64,000 nt of DNA, taken from Clostridiaceae bacterium. Lineage in GTDB: Bacteria; Bacillota; Clostridia; Saccharofermentanales; DTU023. The stretch is from NCBI GenBank assembly GCA_012521015.1, contig JAAYNE010000093.1:1420-65419 (forward strand), in the 5' to 3' direction. Each line of letters opens with the position of its first letter. Within the stretch, counting starts at the first letter, position 1. The notes under the pieces were generated by a model, which had not been told where the DNA came from, did no database searches, and worked only from the letters and a program-made list of their open reading frames with translations. Below, in pieces: positions 1-7,506 of this stretch. The translations under genes and the position numbers were made by a program.

Positions 1-20
1 AAGATCCTTAATTATCGGAA

Positions 21-56
21 AGCCAACCTTCTGCCGGAGGTTGGCTTTTTTATTTT
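21..56 (+). terminator. Rho-independent terminator for a + strand gene ending upstream of the window
   Basis: 9-bp stem AGCCAACCT/AGGTTGGCT (21-29 / 38-46), 8-nt loop, then T-run 47-56. Confidence 0.7.
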
Positions 57-83
57 TGATATCTTCTCTTCTCCAACACTTTT

Positions 84-680
84 TTATAATCTTTCCATTG
101 CTTGTCTCAACTCTAAAACATTTCCATTAAAGACATGTCCTTGCATGCCGATACTTTCTGCTGCAATTACGTGTTGTTCAAGATCGTCTATAAAAAAACA
201 TTCAGCCGGTTGTAAGGAGAACTTTTCGCATAAATATTCAAAAATTTTTGGATTCGGCTTTACCATTTTCACATCAGCTGAAACCAATGTTCCGTCAAAG
301 TATTTAGATGCGGAAATTCTATGCCAATATTCATGCTGACGCGTACTAGCATTGGAAAGTAAATAGATTTTATATCCTTTAGCTTTCAATTCTTTGATTA
401 ATTGGCTCATGCCTTCAACTTCTATCAGAGGAATATCCCACTTGGTAACCAAAGTAATCATCTGACTGTGGAGTCTTATGGGAAGTTTGTTTTGCAAAAT
501 TTCAATTACCTCATTCTCATTTGCACTTCCATCATCAAGGCTCGCCCATTCTTGCGAATTAAAAATAATATCATTTAGCAGTTTTGCGTCTTGTTTATTG
601 ACATTTAATCTGCTGATGAAAAGCTCAGGTTTAAATACTATTAATACATTTCCCATATCAAAAACTATGTTTTTTATCAT
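84..680 (-). CDS. HAD-superfamily hydrolase (subfamily IA, YihX-like)
   Basis: 198-aa ORF; N-terminal FDMGNVL (DxGxV variant of HAD motif I), C-terminal FIDD motif. Confidence 0.75.
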   Translation of the reverse strand: MIKNIVFDMGNVLIVFKPELFISRLNVNKQDAKLLNDIIFNSQEWASLDDGSANENEVIEILQNKLPIRLHSQMITLVTKWDIPLIEVEGMSQLIKELKAKGYKIYLLSNASTRQHEYWHRISASKYFDGTLVSADVKMVKPNPKIFEYLCEKFSLQPAECFFIDDLEQHVIAAESIGMQGHVFNGNVLELRQAMERL

Positions 681-752
681 ATAACCTCCATTTCAAAAAT
701 ACATTTATATCGCTTTTGAAAGTTTTTTTGAAAATTAAAATTCATAATGAGT

Positions 753-941
753 CTATAAGCTAATTATTTTTATGATTTTTTCTTCTTCCAAAATTTGATA
801 TACAAGCCTATGTTGGTGGTTGATTCGTCTTGAATAAGCTCCTTTTAAGTCGCCTTTTAATTTTTCATATGAATGAAAATTTCTTGGATTACAAGCTAAA
901 CTGAAATCAATTTCATTCTGTTTTACAACTTGTCTGTACAC
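753..941 (-). pseudogene. yoeB: Truncated YoeB/Txe-family toxin fragment (orphan, no antitoxin)
   Basis: 62-aa ORF with GTG start; KGAYSRRINHQHRLVYQI matches the YoeB core (SRRI..EHRLVY). About 20 N-terminal residues are missing (in-frame stop at 948-950). No room for a yefM-like ORF before the next gene stop at 975. Confidence 0.55.
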
Positions 942-974
942 GGAACTTCAAAATGTAAAGCAATTTTCGCAAAA

Positions 975-1532
975 TTATTTTTCAATTGGGAATAACGGTA
1001 ACTCTTGCAGATAAATAATATCTTTGCGACCTATTGCATCACCTTCGGCTAAAATTGCAGCTTTTACAGTAATTTTTCCACCTGCCTGTTCAATCAATTC
1101 TTCAAGTGATTTGAGAGATTGACCTGTGGAAATGACATCATCAATAATACCGACTCTTTTACCCTGAATCAGATGTAAATCTTCGCGCGGCAAATATAGT
1201 TTTTGATGTCCTATTGTCGTAATCGATTCAACATCAACTGTCAGGGGATCTTCCATATAGGTTTTTTTGCTTTTGCGAGCAACGACATAACGAGGTATAT
1301 TCAAAACACGGGATAGTTCATGCACCAACGGTATTCCTTTGGCTTCAGCCGTAATCAAAACATCAACTTCCGGTATGCGTTCAGCTAGCAATTTTGCACA
1401 ATGGCTTACAGCCTCAACATCTCCCAGAATAATTAAAGCGGCGATCGCTAAATCATCTGAAACTTTTACTATATGTAATTGTCTTTTTAGTCCGTGGATG
1501 TCAATCGGATAATATTTCGGTAATTCTTTCAT
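975..1532 (-). CDS. Type I phosphoribosyltransferase family protein (purine/adenine PRT-like)
   Basis: 185 aa; PRPP-binding loop VGIIDDVISTGQS. Confidence 0.7.
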   Translation of the reverse strand: MKELPKYYPIDIHGLKRQLHIVKVSDDLAIAALIILGDVEAVSHCAKLLAERIPEVDVLITAEAKGIPLVHELSRVLNIPRYVVARKSKKTYMEDPLTVDVESITTIGHQKLYLPREDLHLIQGKRVGIIDDVISTGQSLKSLEELIEQAGGKITVKAAILAEGDAIGRKDIIYLQELPLFPIEK

Positions 1533-1677
1533 CGCTAAAACCTCATCGTTAAAACTGTTATAAGATTATCGTTATTATTGTTCACTCAAGTATTATACTT
1601 GGTCTTTGTATTCTCCGCACATAATATTTATGATTACGTTAACTTATTGCAATTAAAAAATCTTAGAAATTCAATAG

Positions 1678-1877
1678 ATAACAACAAAACATCTTTCAAA
1701 TATAATTTTAGCTCATGGAATTGCTTGGAAATGCGTTTACTGGAAAAATTCATCAAAACTTGGCGAAACTGTCGTTGGAAAATCACATTGCTTGAGGACT
1801 TTAGCCCGAGTTTGTGATTTTTAGGCAATAAACCTTGGTTTTGGAATTTTTATCAGCACATATGAGCAAGCGATTTC
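1678..1877. repeat. Copy A of a ~190-bp imperfect-palindromic intergenic repeat (MITE/REP-like)
   Basis: About 85% identical by eye to 2563-2749 in the same orientation. Internal inverted repeats (AAAATCACA...TGTGATTTT core; CTGGAAAAATTCATCAAAAC arm vs reverse complement of the right arm). Starts immediately 3' of the mntR stop (minus strand). Boundaries approximate. Confidence 0.75.
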
Positions 1878-1904
1878 ATTAGCTAAAATTACAGAGAAAA
1901 GCTC

Positions 1905-2342
1905 TTAAGGATTGTCAGCAGATTTATTTTCCAGGTCTGCTTTTTCAACATTATCCCAGATAACATTACCGCGCGGGCTTAATTCCGGATAGTTCAGGTA
2001 TTCGTTAAGAGCATCTTTGAGGTTTGCACCGGTAACATGTTCCAAGAGATCAGCCTGTTCATGTGCTACATCATATGACATTCCCAGAATTTCCGTTAAA
2101 AAATATTCCCATAAGCGATGACAGGAAATAATGTTACGAGCTTTTACCATACCGGACTCAGTAAGACTGATTTTGTTTTGTTCGAAATTAATCAAGCCAT
2201 CTTCACATAGTTTTTTGACCATTTCACTGACGGAAGCTCGCGAAACACCAAGCTTTTTTGCAATAGTCACACTATTTACAAAATCAGCTCTTTTTGTTAA
2301 GCGATAGATTGCAATAATGTAATCTTCTCTACTGGAATTCAT
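1905..2342 (-). CDS. mntR: DtxR/MntR-family metal-dependent transcriptional regulator
   Basis: 145 aa; N-terminal EDYIIAIYRL wHTH typical of DtxR family, followed by a dimerisation/metal-binding domain; adjacent to a metal ABC operon. Confidence 0.8.
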   Translation of the reverse strand: MNSSREDYIIAIYRLTKRADFVNSVTIAKKLGVSRASVSEMVKKLCEDGLINFEQNKISLTESGMVKARNIISCHRLWEYFLTEILGMSYDVAHEQADLLEHVTGANLKDALNEYLNYPELSPRGNVIWDNVEKADLENKSADNP

Positions 2343-2360
2343 ATTATTTCACTCACTTCG

Positions 2361-2382
2361 AACTGAATCAATAAATTCAGTT
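2361..2382. promoter_or_regulatory. 8-6-8 palindrome in the mntR leader (possible operator or 5'UTR hairpin)
   Basis: AACTGAAT-caataa-ATTCAGTT lies 19 nt upstream of the mntR start; an extended -10 (TGTTATAAT on minus strand) lies further upstream. Confidence 0.3.
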
Positions 2383-2562
2383 TTTGTCGCATACTAAATT
2401 CAGCAGTTATATATAATTCTACTAGCTTGATATGAATTTGTTAGCTTTATATAGTTTTATTATAACAAACAATTTTAAATTTAAAACATTGATATTTTCT
2501 GAGGAGCTCTGTTAATTGACTACGGGTTTATAAATTCTCGATTTGACCATTAATAACAAAAC

Positions 2563-2749
2563 ATTTTTTAATAATGTTTCAATCAATGAAATCACTTAAA
2601 AATGCGTTTGCTGAAAAAAATCATTAAAAACTTGGCAAATTTGTCGTTGGAAAATCGCATATTTAAGGGCTTTAGCCCGAATTTACGATTTTTAGGCAAT
2701 AAACCTTCAGTTTTTAGAATTTTTATCAGTACACATGAGAAGCAATTTC
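2563..2749. repeat. Copy B of the ~190-bp imperfect-palindromic intergenic repeat
   Basis: Aligns with 1678-1877. Ends 3 nt from the stop of the permease gene (2753), i.e. again immediately 3' of a minus-strand gene. Boundaries approximate. Confidence 0.75.
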
Positions 2750-2752
2750 TAT

Positions 2753-3910
2753 TTACACACCATAATCTACTTTAATCATGTCGTATCGCAACCTACCTTT
2801 TTCGGTAAGACAATATATTTTTCTTTCATGATTACGGTGAACAAACCCTTGATCAATTAAGCGATTAAGTCTGCGTTCAGTTGTTTCTTGATCCCAATAC
2901 AAATGATCTTTAATTGTCGCAAAACCGAGCTCAAACTCTGCATCTTCTTGATCTTCGTGATTACCTAAATGCATAATCAGCAAATCAAGTCTGAATTCTT
3001 TACGATTTTTATGTCTTAAATATATAGCAGTAATAATACCTTGACGGTTTAAAAGAACCGTCATAAAGGTTGTGAAGCCTGTGGTTACCGCAATCATTCC
3101 CGAAATAGAAACATTGAATGCAATTGCTAAATAAAAACCTGAAATTGAATTAAGTATTGAGAAGATAATCGATACTAAGAGCATCTTCTTGAGACTTTTT
3201 GTCAGCATATAAGCAGATGCCGCGGGACCGACAAATAAGGCAATAACCAGAATTGCTCCGACCGCATCGAAGGCGGCAACCGCTGTAAATGAGGTCAAGG
3301 TCATTAATCCATAAAAAAGAAGTCCGGAAGAAAATCCAGCTAAAGTTGCAAATTCCGGATCAAAGCTACTGATTTTTAATTCTTTTATAAATACCACAAC
3401 AAAGATCAAATTGATCAACAATATTATTAACATATAAAATAATGCTTTCGGTAATTCTACACCGAAAACTGTCATTGTATTTAGCGGAATCATAATCACT
3501 TGTCCCATTAAGACAATATCTGTATCAAGATGAACATTACGAGCAAATGTACTGATTAAAATAACGGCTAATGAGAAAAACAAAGGAAAAATTATGCCGA
3601 CAGCATCATCATTTTTAACCAAGCGAGTTTTCGATAACAAACCAATTGCATAAACTGTAAAAACACCGAATACACTTGCTCCGATCAATAAAAACGGTGA
3701 ATTCAAATTTTTAGTTACAAAATATGCCAACACGATACCTAGCAAGATTGAGTGGGAAAGTGCATCCGTCAGCATTGATAATTTATTCAAAACCAAAAAA
3801 CAACCGAGAAGTGAACAAGCGATTCCGGTAACAATCAAGGTCAGCAACATCTGTTGATTGTAATTGAGAAAATCTAACATTTTAGTCAATAAGAGATTTT
3901 GATAAATCAT
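2753..3910 (-). CDS. Metal ABC transporter permease (ABC-3/TroD-MntD type) with C-terminal winged-helix-like extension
   Basis: 385 aa; multi-TM ABC-3 core (~285 aa) followed by ~95 soluble residues (…ATIKDHLYWDQETTERRLNRLIDQGFV…LTEKGR) with a wHTH-like pattern. 29-nt overlap with the upstream permease gene. Confidence 0.8.
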   Translation of the reverse strand: MIYQNLLLTKMLDFLNYNQQMLLTLIVTGIACSLLGCFLVLNKLSMLTDALSHSILLGIVLAYFVTKNLNSPFLLIGASVFGVFTVYAIGLLSKTRLVKNDDAVGIIFPLFFSLAVILISTFARNVHLDTDIVLMGQVIMIPLNTMTVFGVELPKALFYMLIILLINLIFVVVFIKELKISSFDPEFATLAGFSSGLLFYGLMTLTSFTAVAAFDAVGAILVIALFVGPAASAYMLTKSLKKMLLVSIIFSILNSISGFYLAIAFNVSISGMIAVTTGFTTFMTVLLNRQGIITAIYLRHKNRKEFRLDLLIMHLGNHEDQEDAEFELGFATIKDHLYWDQETTERRLNRLIDQGFVHRNHERKIYCLTEKGRLRYDMIKVDYGV

Positions 3911-4853
3911 TTAAATATTTTCTCCTTCGCAGCCAATTAGCCAGTAAGCCTTTAGGTGAAATGAACATTGAAATGAAAGCTAAGCCGGACATCACCACAA
4001 TTATACAAGGTCCGGTTGACATTCCGGCATAAACACTTGAAATATAGGTACCGACAAAAGCCGAAAAACTGCCGACAATGGCGGCAATAATTAAGACATA
4101 GCTGAAACGATTGCTCCATTGTAAAGCCGTGATTCCCGGTACAATTAAAAATGAAGAAATCAAAATAGCACCGACTAATTTCAGGCCGGTAGCAATCACA
4201 CTCATTGTAATTAACACTAGCAAAACATACATCAATGTTGAGTTCAGACCGATCGATTGAGCATAAACCTCATCAAAAACAAAAATTTTAAATTCTTTAT
4301 AAAACAGAAAAAGAATTAATAACGACGGTATCGCAACTATCAAAATTAAATGGACATCAATTGTTCTGATAAAAGCGGCTTGTCCAAAGATATAGTTGCT
4401 CAAACCGCCTTGCGGCACTTTGCCGTAAACAGGATGCCCTTGGATAAAGCTTTTGAGAACCATACCGAGACCAAAAAATGCCGAGAGAATTGTTGCTAAA
4501 ATTGCATCCAGGTTTAATTTGGAATTTTTATCGATGAACTGAATAATAATAAAAGCCAGAGTGCCCGAAATAATTGCCCCGATCATTAAAGAAACTGAAT
4601 CCAAGCTCATGCTGATCATAAAAGCTAGAATAATTCCCGGATAAGATGAATGGCCGATTGCATCTCCAATCAGAGATTGTCCCTTCAAAACTGTTATTGT
4701 GCCGACCATTCCTGCAACTGTAGCTAAAATCATCGTACCCAGACAAACTACAATAAAGGTATAACTACTTAATATTTCAAAATCTAAGCCGATTGCATTG
4801 AGCAGATTGGCAAAATTTAAACTGAATATTTTATTTAGAAAAATACTAAGCAT
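3882..4853 (-). CDS. Metal ABC transporter permease (ABC-3/TroC-MntC type)
   Basis: 323 aa polytopic membrane protein; overlaps the ATPase gene by 8 nt and the next permease by 29 nt. Confidence 0.85.
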   Translation of the reverse strand: MLSIFLNKIFSLNFANLLNAIGLDFEILSSYTFIVVCLGTMILATVAGMVGTITVLKGQSLIGDAIGHSSYPGIILAFMISMSLDSVSLMIGAIISGTLAFIIIQFIDKNSKLNLDAILATILSAFFGLGMVLKSFIQGHPVYGKVPQGGLSNYIFGQAAFIRTIDVHLILIVAIPSLLILFLFYKEFKIFVFDEVYAQSIGLNSTLMYVLLVLITMSVIATGLKLVGAILISSFLIVPGITALQWSNRFSYVLIIAAIVGSFSAFVGTYISSVYAGMSTGPCIIVVMSGLAFISMFISPKGLLANWLRRRKYLNDLSKSLID

Positions 4854-5580
4854 TTATTTTAAAACCTCCGCCCATATCAGCAGCATCAAGATTTGCTTGG
4901 GTTAATGTTTCGGACATTTTACCTTGGGCTATTATTCTCTTATTGAGAATGACCAAATGATCAAAATAATCAGCTAAAGTATTCAAATCATGATGGATAA
5001 CAATCGATGTTTTGCCTTGCTTTTGTGAGTCTTTCAAAAAGTCGATAATTACTTTTTCCGTATTTTTGTCGACACCGGCAAGCGGTTCATCCATGAAATA
5101 TATTTCTGCATTCTGCGCAATCGCCCTGGCTATAAAAACTCTTTGTTTCTGACCACCGGACAATTGCGAAATCTGACGTTTGGCATAATCTTGCATCCCC
5201 ATTTTATGCAATGCATTTTTGGCAATTTCTATATCCTTTTTTCTAGGTCTTTTAATCCAGCCAAGATGGACATAACGCCCCATCAAAACTACATCTAAAG
5301 CTGTTGTCGGGAAATCCCAGTTTACACTGTTTGACTGGGGAATATATGCAATTTTTTTATAGATTTGTTTAACACTTTTGCCCATGATTTCAACCGTTCC
5401 GGACAATGTTTTTTGCAGACCGAGAATACCTTTTAATAAAGTTGACTTACCTGCCCCATTAGGGCCGATAATTGCTGTCCTGGAGTTTGCGATAATACTG
5501 ACATCGTTATCCCACAATACCGGTTTATCGTGATAGGCCATTGTCAAATCTTCAACTTTGACAATTATATTCTCTGACAT
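4846..5580 (-). CDS. Metal ABC transporter ATP-binding protein
   Basis: Walker A GPNGAGKST, signature LSGGQKQR, Walker B IYFMDEP. Start moved to the ATG at 5580 (preceded by AAGAGGGA RBS) rather than the ORF-track start 5634. Confidence 0.85.
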   Translation of the reverse strand: MSENIIVKVEDLTMAYHDKPVLWDNDVSIIANSRTAIIGPNGAGKSTLLKGILGLQKTLSGTVEIMGKSVKQIYKKIAYIPQSNSVNWDFPTTALDVVLMGRYVHLGWIKRPRKKDIEIAKNALHKMGMQDYAKRQISQLSGGQKQRVFIARAIAQNAEIYFMDEPLAGVDKNTEKVIIDFLKDSQKQGKTSIVIHHDLNTLADYFDHLVILNKRIIAQGKMSETLTQANLDAADMGGGFKINA

Positions 5581-5702
5581 ATTTCCCTCTTTTACTCTCA
5601 AAGCTTTTTCGTCTTTATTTAACAGTACTTTCACTTGTTATTTCCTTGTAAAAACATAATTTCCCGACTTCAATAAATTATATTTAATCTTTATTCGGCA
5701 GA

Positions 5703-6785
5703 TTACTTTAAATTCTTCACGATTAAATCCACATTATGGGTAAACATATCGATAAAGTTATCGCCCGGTTGACCTTCCGGAGCCAAAGAGTCGGAAAACA
5801 ATTCCTGACCTTCACCGCTGACAACTTTTACATCAAATCCCTGCGCTGCCGCTGCTTCCTTCAGTTTTTCCATACGAGCCGGATCGGTTGTTGTTTCAGC
5901 AAAAACGGCTTTTATTTCTTTCTCTACTATAAAATCCACGGTGTTTTGAATATCTTTATTCGCAACTTCAGAATCGGTACTTATACCTTGAGGTGCCATA
6001 ACCGGAATATCGAAAGAACGCGAAAAGTAGTTGAATGCATCATGCGGTGTAATTAAATAACGTGAATCTTCCGGGATCGAATCAAGTTTTTCTTTAGATT
6101 CTTCAAACATAACTACTAGCTGCTCATTATATTCTTCCGCATTCTTTGCGATTGTATCGGCTGCTTCCGGTAATAATTGACTCAAATATTCTGCGGTATT
6201 ATTAACGGCAAGTTGATATAATTCAAGATCGAACCAAAAGTGAGGATCAATAATTAAATCACCATCTTGATCCATTGCCCCGACTCGATCTGCCGGGAAG
6301 TCCTTGGCTAAAGCGTATCCGTAATTTTCCAGAACATCTACCATTTTTCCCTCAAAATGCAGTCCGTGATAAATGACCAAATCGGCATCTGTGATCTTTT
6401 GCAAATCTTGCGGTTTCGGTTCATAGAGATGCGGATCGTCACCAGCAGGAATAATCATATCTATATTTACAAAGTCTTCCGCCAGAACTTTTACGATATC
6501 TGCAACAAAAGTTGTCGTTCCTGTAATAACAGGCTTATCACTACCGGTATAAGCTTCAATTGTATTATCTGATTCTGTTTCAGCATCTTCCGCATCTACA
6601 TTTTCTGTTTCTGCATCTTCAGTACCTGCATTTTTGTCTTTCACATCTTCTATTTCTACCTCTTCAATCTCCGGATTTTTCGCCTCTGAATCTTCAGAAG
6701 TTGTTTCGTTTGAATTTGTTCCACATGAACTGACTAATAACACAAAAGCCATTAATAATGACACTAATAAACTGATTTTTTTCAT
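5703..6785 (-). CDS. Metal (Mn/Fe/Zn) ABC substrate-binding lipoprotein, TroA/PsaA cluster A-I, with long acidic linker
   Basis: Lipobox LLVSSC; DPHLYEP and DPHFWFD metal-site motifs. ~60-aa E/D-rich tether after the lipid anchor. Start taken at the ATG at 6785 (GGAGAAAGAGGA RBS). Confidence 0.85.
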   Translation of the reverse strand: MKKISLLVSLLMAFVLLVSSCGTNSNETTSEDSEAKNPEIEEVEIEDVKDKNAGTEDAETENVDAEDAETESDNTIEAYTGSDKPVITGTTTFVADIVKVLAEDFVNIDMIIPAGDDPHLYEPKPQDLQKITDADLVIYHGLHFEGKMVDVLENYGYALAKDFPADRVGAMDQDGDLIIDPHFWFDLELYQLAVNNTAEYLSQLLPEAADTIAKNAEEYNEQLVVMFEESKEKLDSIPEDSRYLITPHDAFNYFSRSFDIPVMAPQGISTDSEVANKDIQNTVDFIVEKEIKAVFAETTTDPARMEKLKEAAAAQGFDVKVVSGEGQELFSDSLAPEGQPGDNFIDMFTHNVDLIVKNLK

Positions 6786-6952
6786 TCCTCTTTCTCCATT
6801 CTTTGCTTGTAAAATCAAGCATTTGTTCGTTTATTCGTTTCTCTCATTTTATTTAACAGCTTTTTACTTAGACCCTAGTTTTGGAAGGAAAATATACCTC
6901 AAAACTTGAAAATATCATCTTTATCAAAACTGCTATCGCAAACATAAAAAAC

Positions 6953-6971
6953 TAGTTAGGCACACCTTACA
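6953..6971. promoter_or_regulatory. Candidate metalloregulator operator (site 1, imperfect)
   Basis: tAGTTAG-GCACAC-CTTACA; 2 mismatches to AGTTAG-N6-CTAACT; downstream of the putative -10 of the metal ABC operon. Confidence 0.4.
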
Positions 6972-6987
6972 GTTTCTATTTAACATC

Positions 6988-7005
6988 AGTTAGGCGCGAC
7001 TAACA
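6988..7005. promoter_or_regulatory. Candidate metalloregulator operator (site 2)
   Basis: AGTTAG-GCGCGA-CTAACA. Sits in the 17-nt spacer of a plausible minus-strand promoter (TTGTTA 7006..7001, TTAAAT 6983..6978). Confidence 0.5.
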
Positions 7006-7247
7006 AATTTAAAAGAAAATTTCATGCAAACCGCTATATCATATTGGAATTTTTCGATTATTATTTAGATAATTAGTAAAATCAACTCTTGATTAATGTT
7101 GGTATTATATATTTCAAAATCTGCAGAAGTCTTTTTAAGTATATTTAGTTACGGAATTTCACTGATTATTACCCGGGAAAAAGCAGGAGCAAAAAAAGCG
7201 TTCGCTACACCTTCAAATTTCTGTATTTACTTCTATTCTTTATAACA

Positions 7248-7287
7248 TTATTGGTCTCATTATGCCCGGGCATAATGATACCAATAA
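7248..7287 (-). terminator. Long hairpin downstream of the feo operon
   Basis: 40-nt near-perfect palindrome TTATTGGTCTCATTATGCCC/GGGCATAATGATACCAATAA (one mismatch), 20 nt after the stop of the small Cys-rich gene; no strong U-tract. Confidence 0.5.
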
Positions 7288-7306
7288 AACAAGCGCTTTT
7301 CAATTA

Positions 7307-7483
7307 TTATAGGTGTCTTAAATTGTCGCAATTGGAACCGCTGTAGTATTTACTTCTGCACTGTTTAGCATAAGGACAACCGGTACAGGCTGTACCTTGC
7401 TTTTTCCTACGCCTCGCTAAATACCATATTATACCTACAACAATAGCAAGTATTATCAGCGCAACTACAATGTTTTCCATCAT
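7307..7483 (-). CDS. FeoB-associated Cys-rich small membrane protein (not in ORF track, 58 aa)
   Basis: Manual translation: MMENIVVALIILAIVVGIIWYLARRRKKQGTACTGCPYAKQCRSKYYSGSNCDNLRHL. One TM helix, a basic stretch and Cys-rich tail, immediately 3' of feoB as in the known family. Confidence 0.75.
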   Translation of the reverse strand: MMENIVVALIILAIVVGIIWYLARRRKKQGTACTGCPYAKQCRSKYYSGSNCDNLRHL

Positions 7484-7506
7484 AATAAATTCCTGTTTTT
7501 CTGAAG

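Noticed and set aside
1533-1640. Possible purine riboswitch upstream of the phosphoribosyltransferase gene
   Set aside because: The minus-strand leader lacks the conserved purine-riboswitch junction sequences and the P2/P3 loop pattern.
1578-1828. Overlapping ORFs 1578-1817 (+) and 1634-1828 (-)
   Set aside because: They fall within or next to repeat copy A. The second repeat copy does not preserve either reading frame, and there is no RBS or motif.
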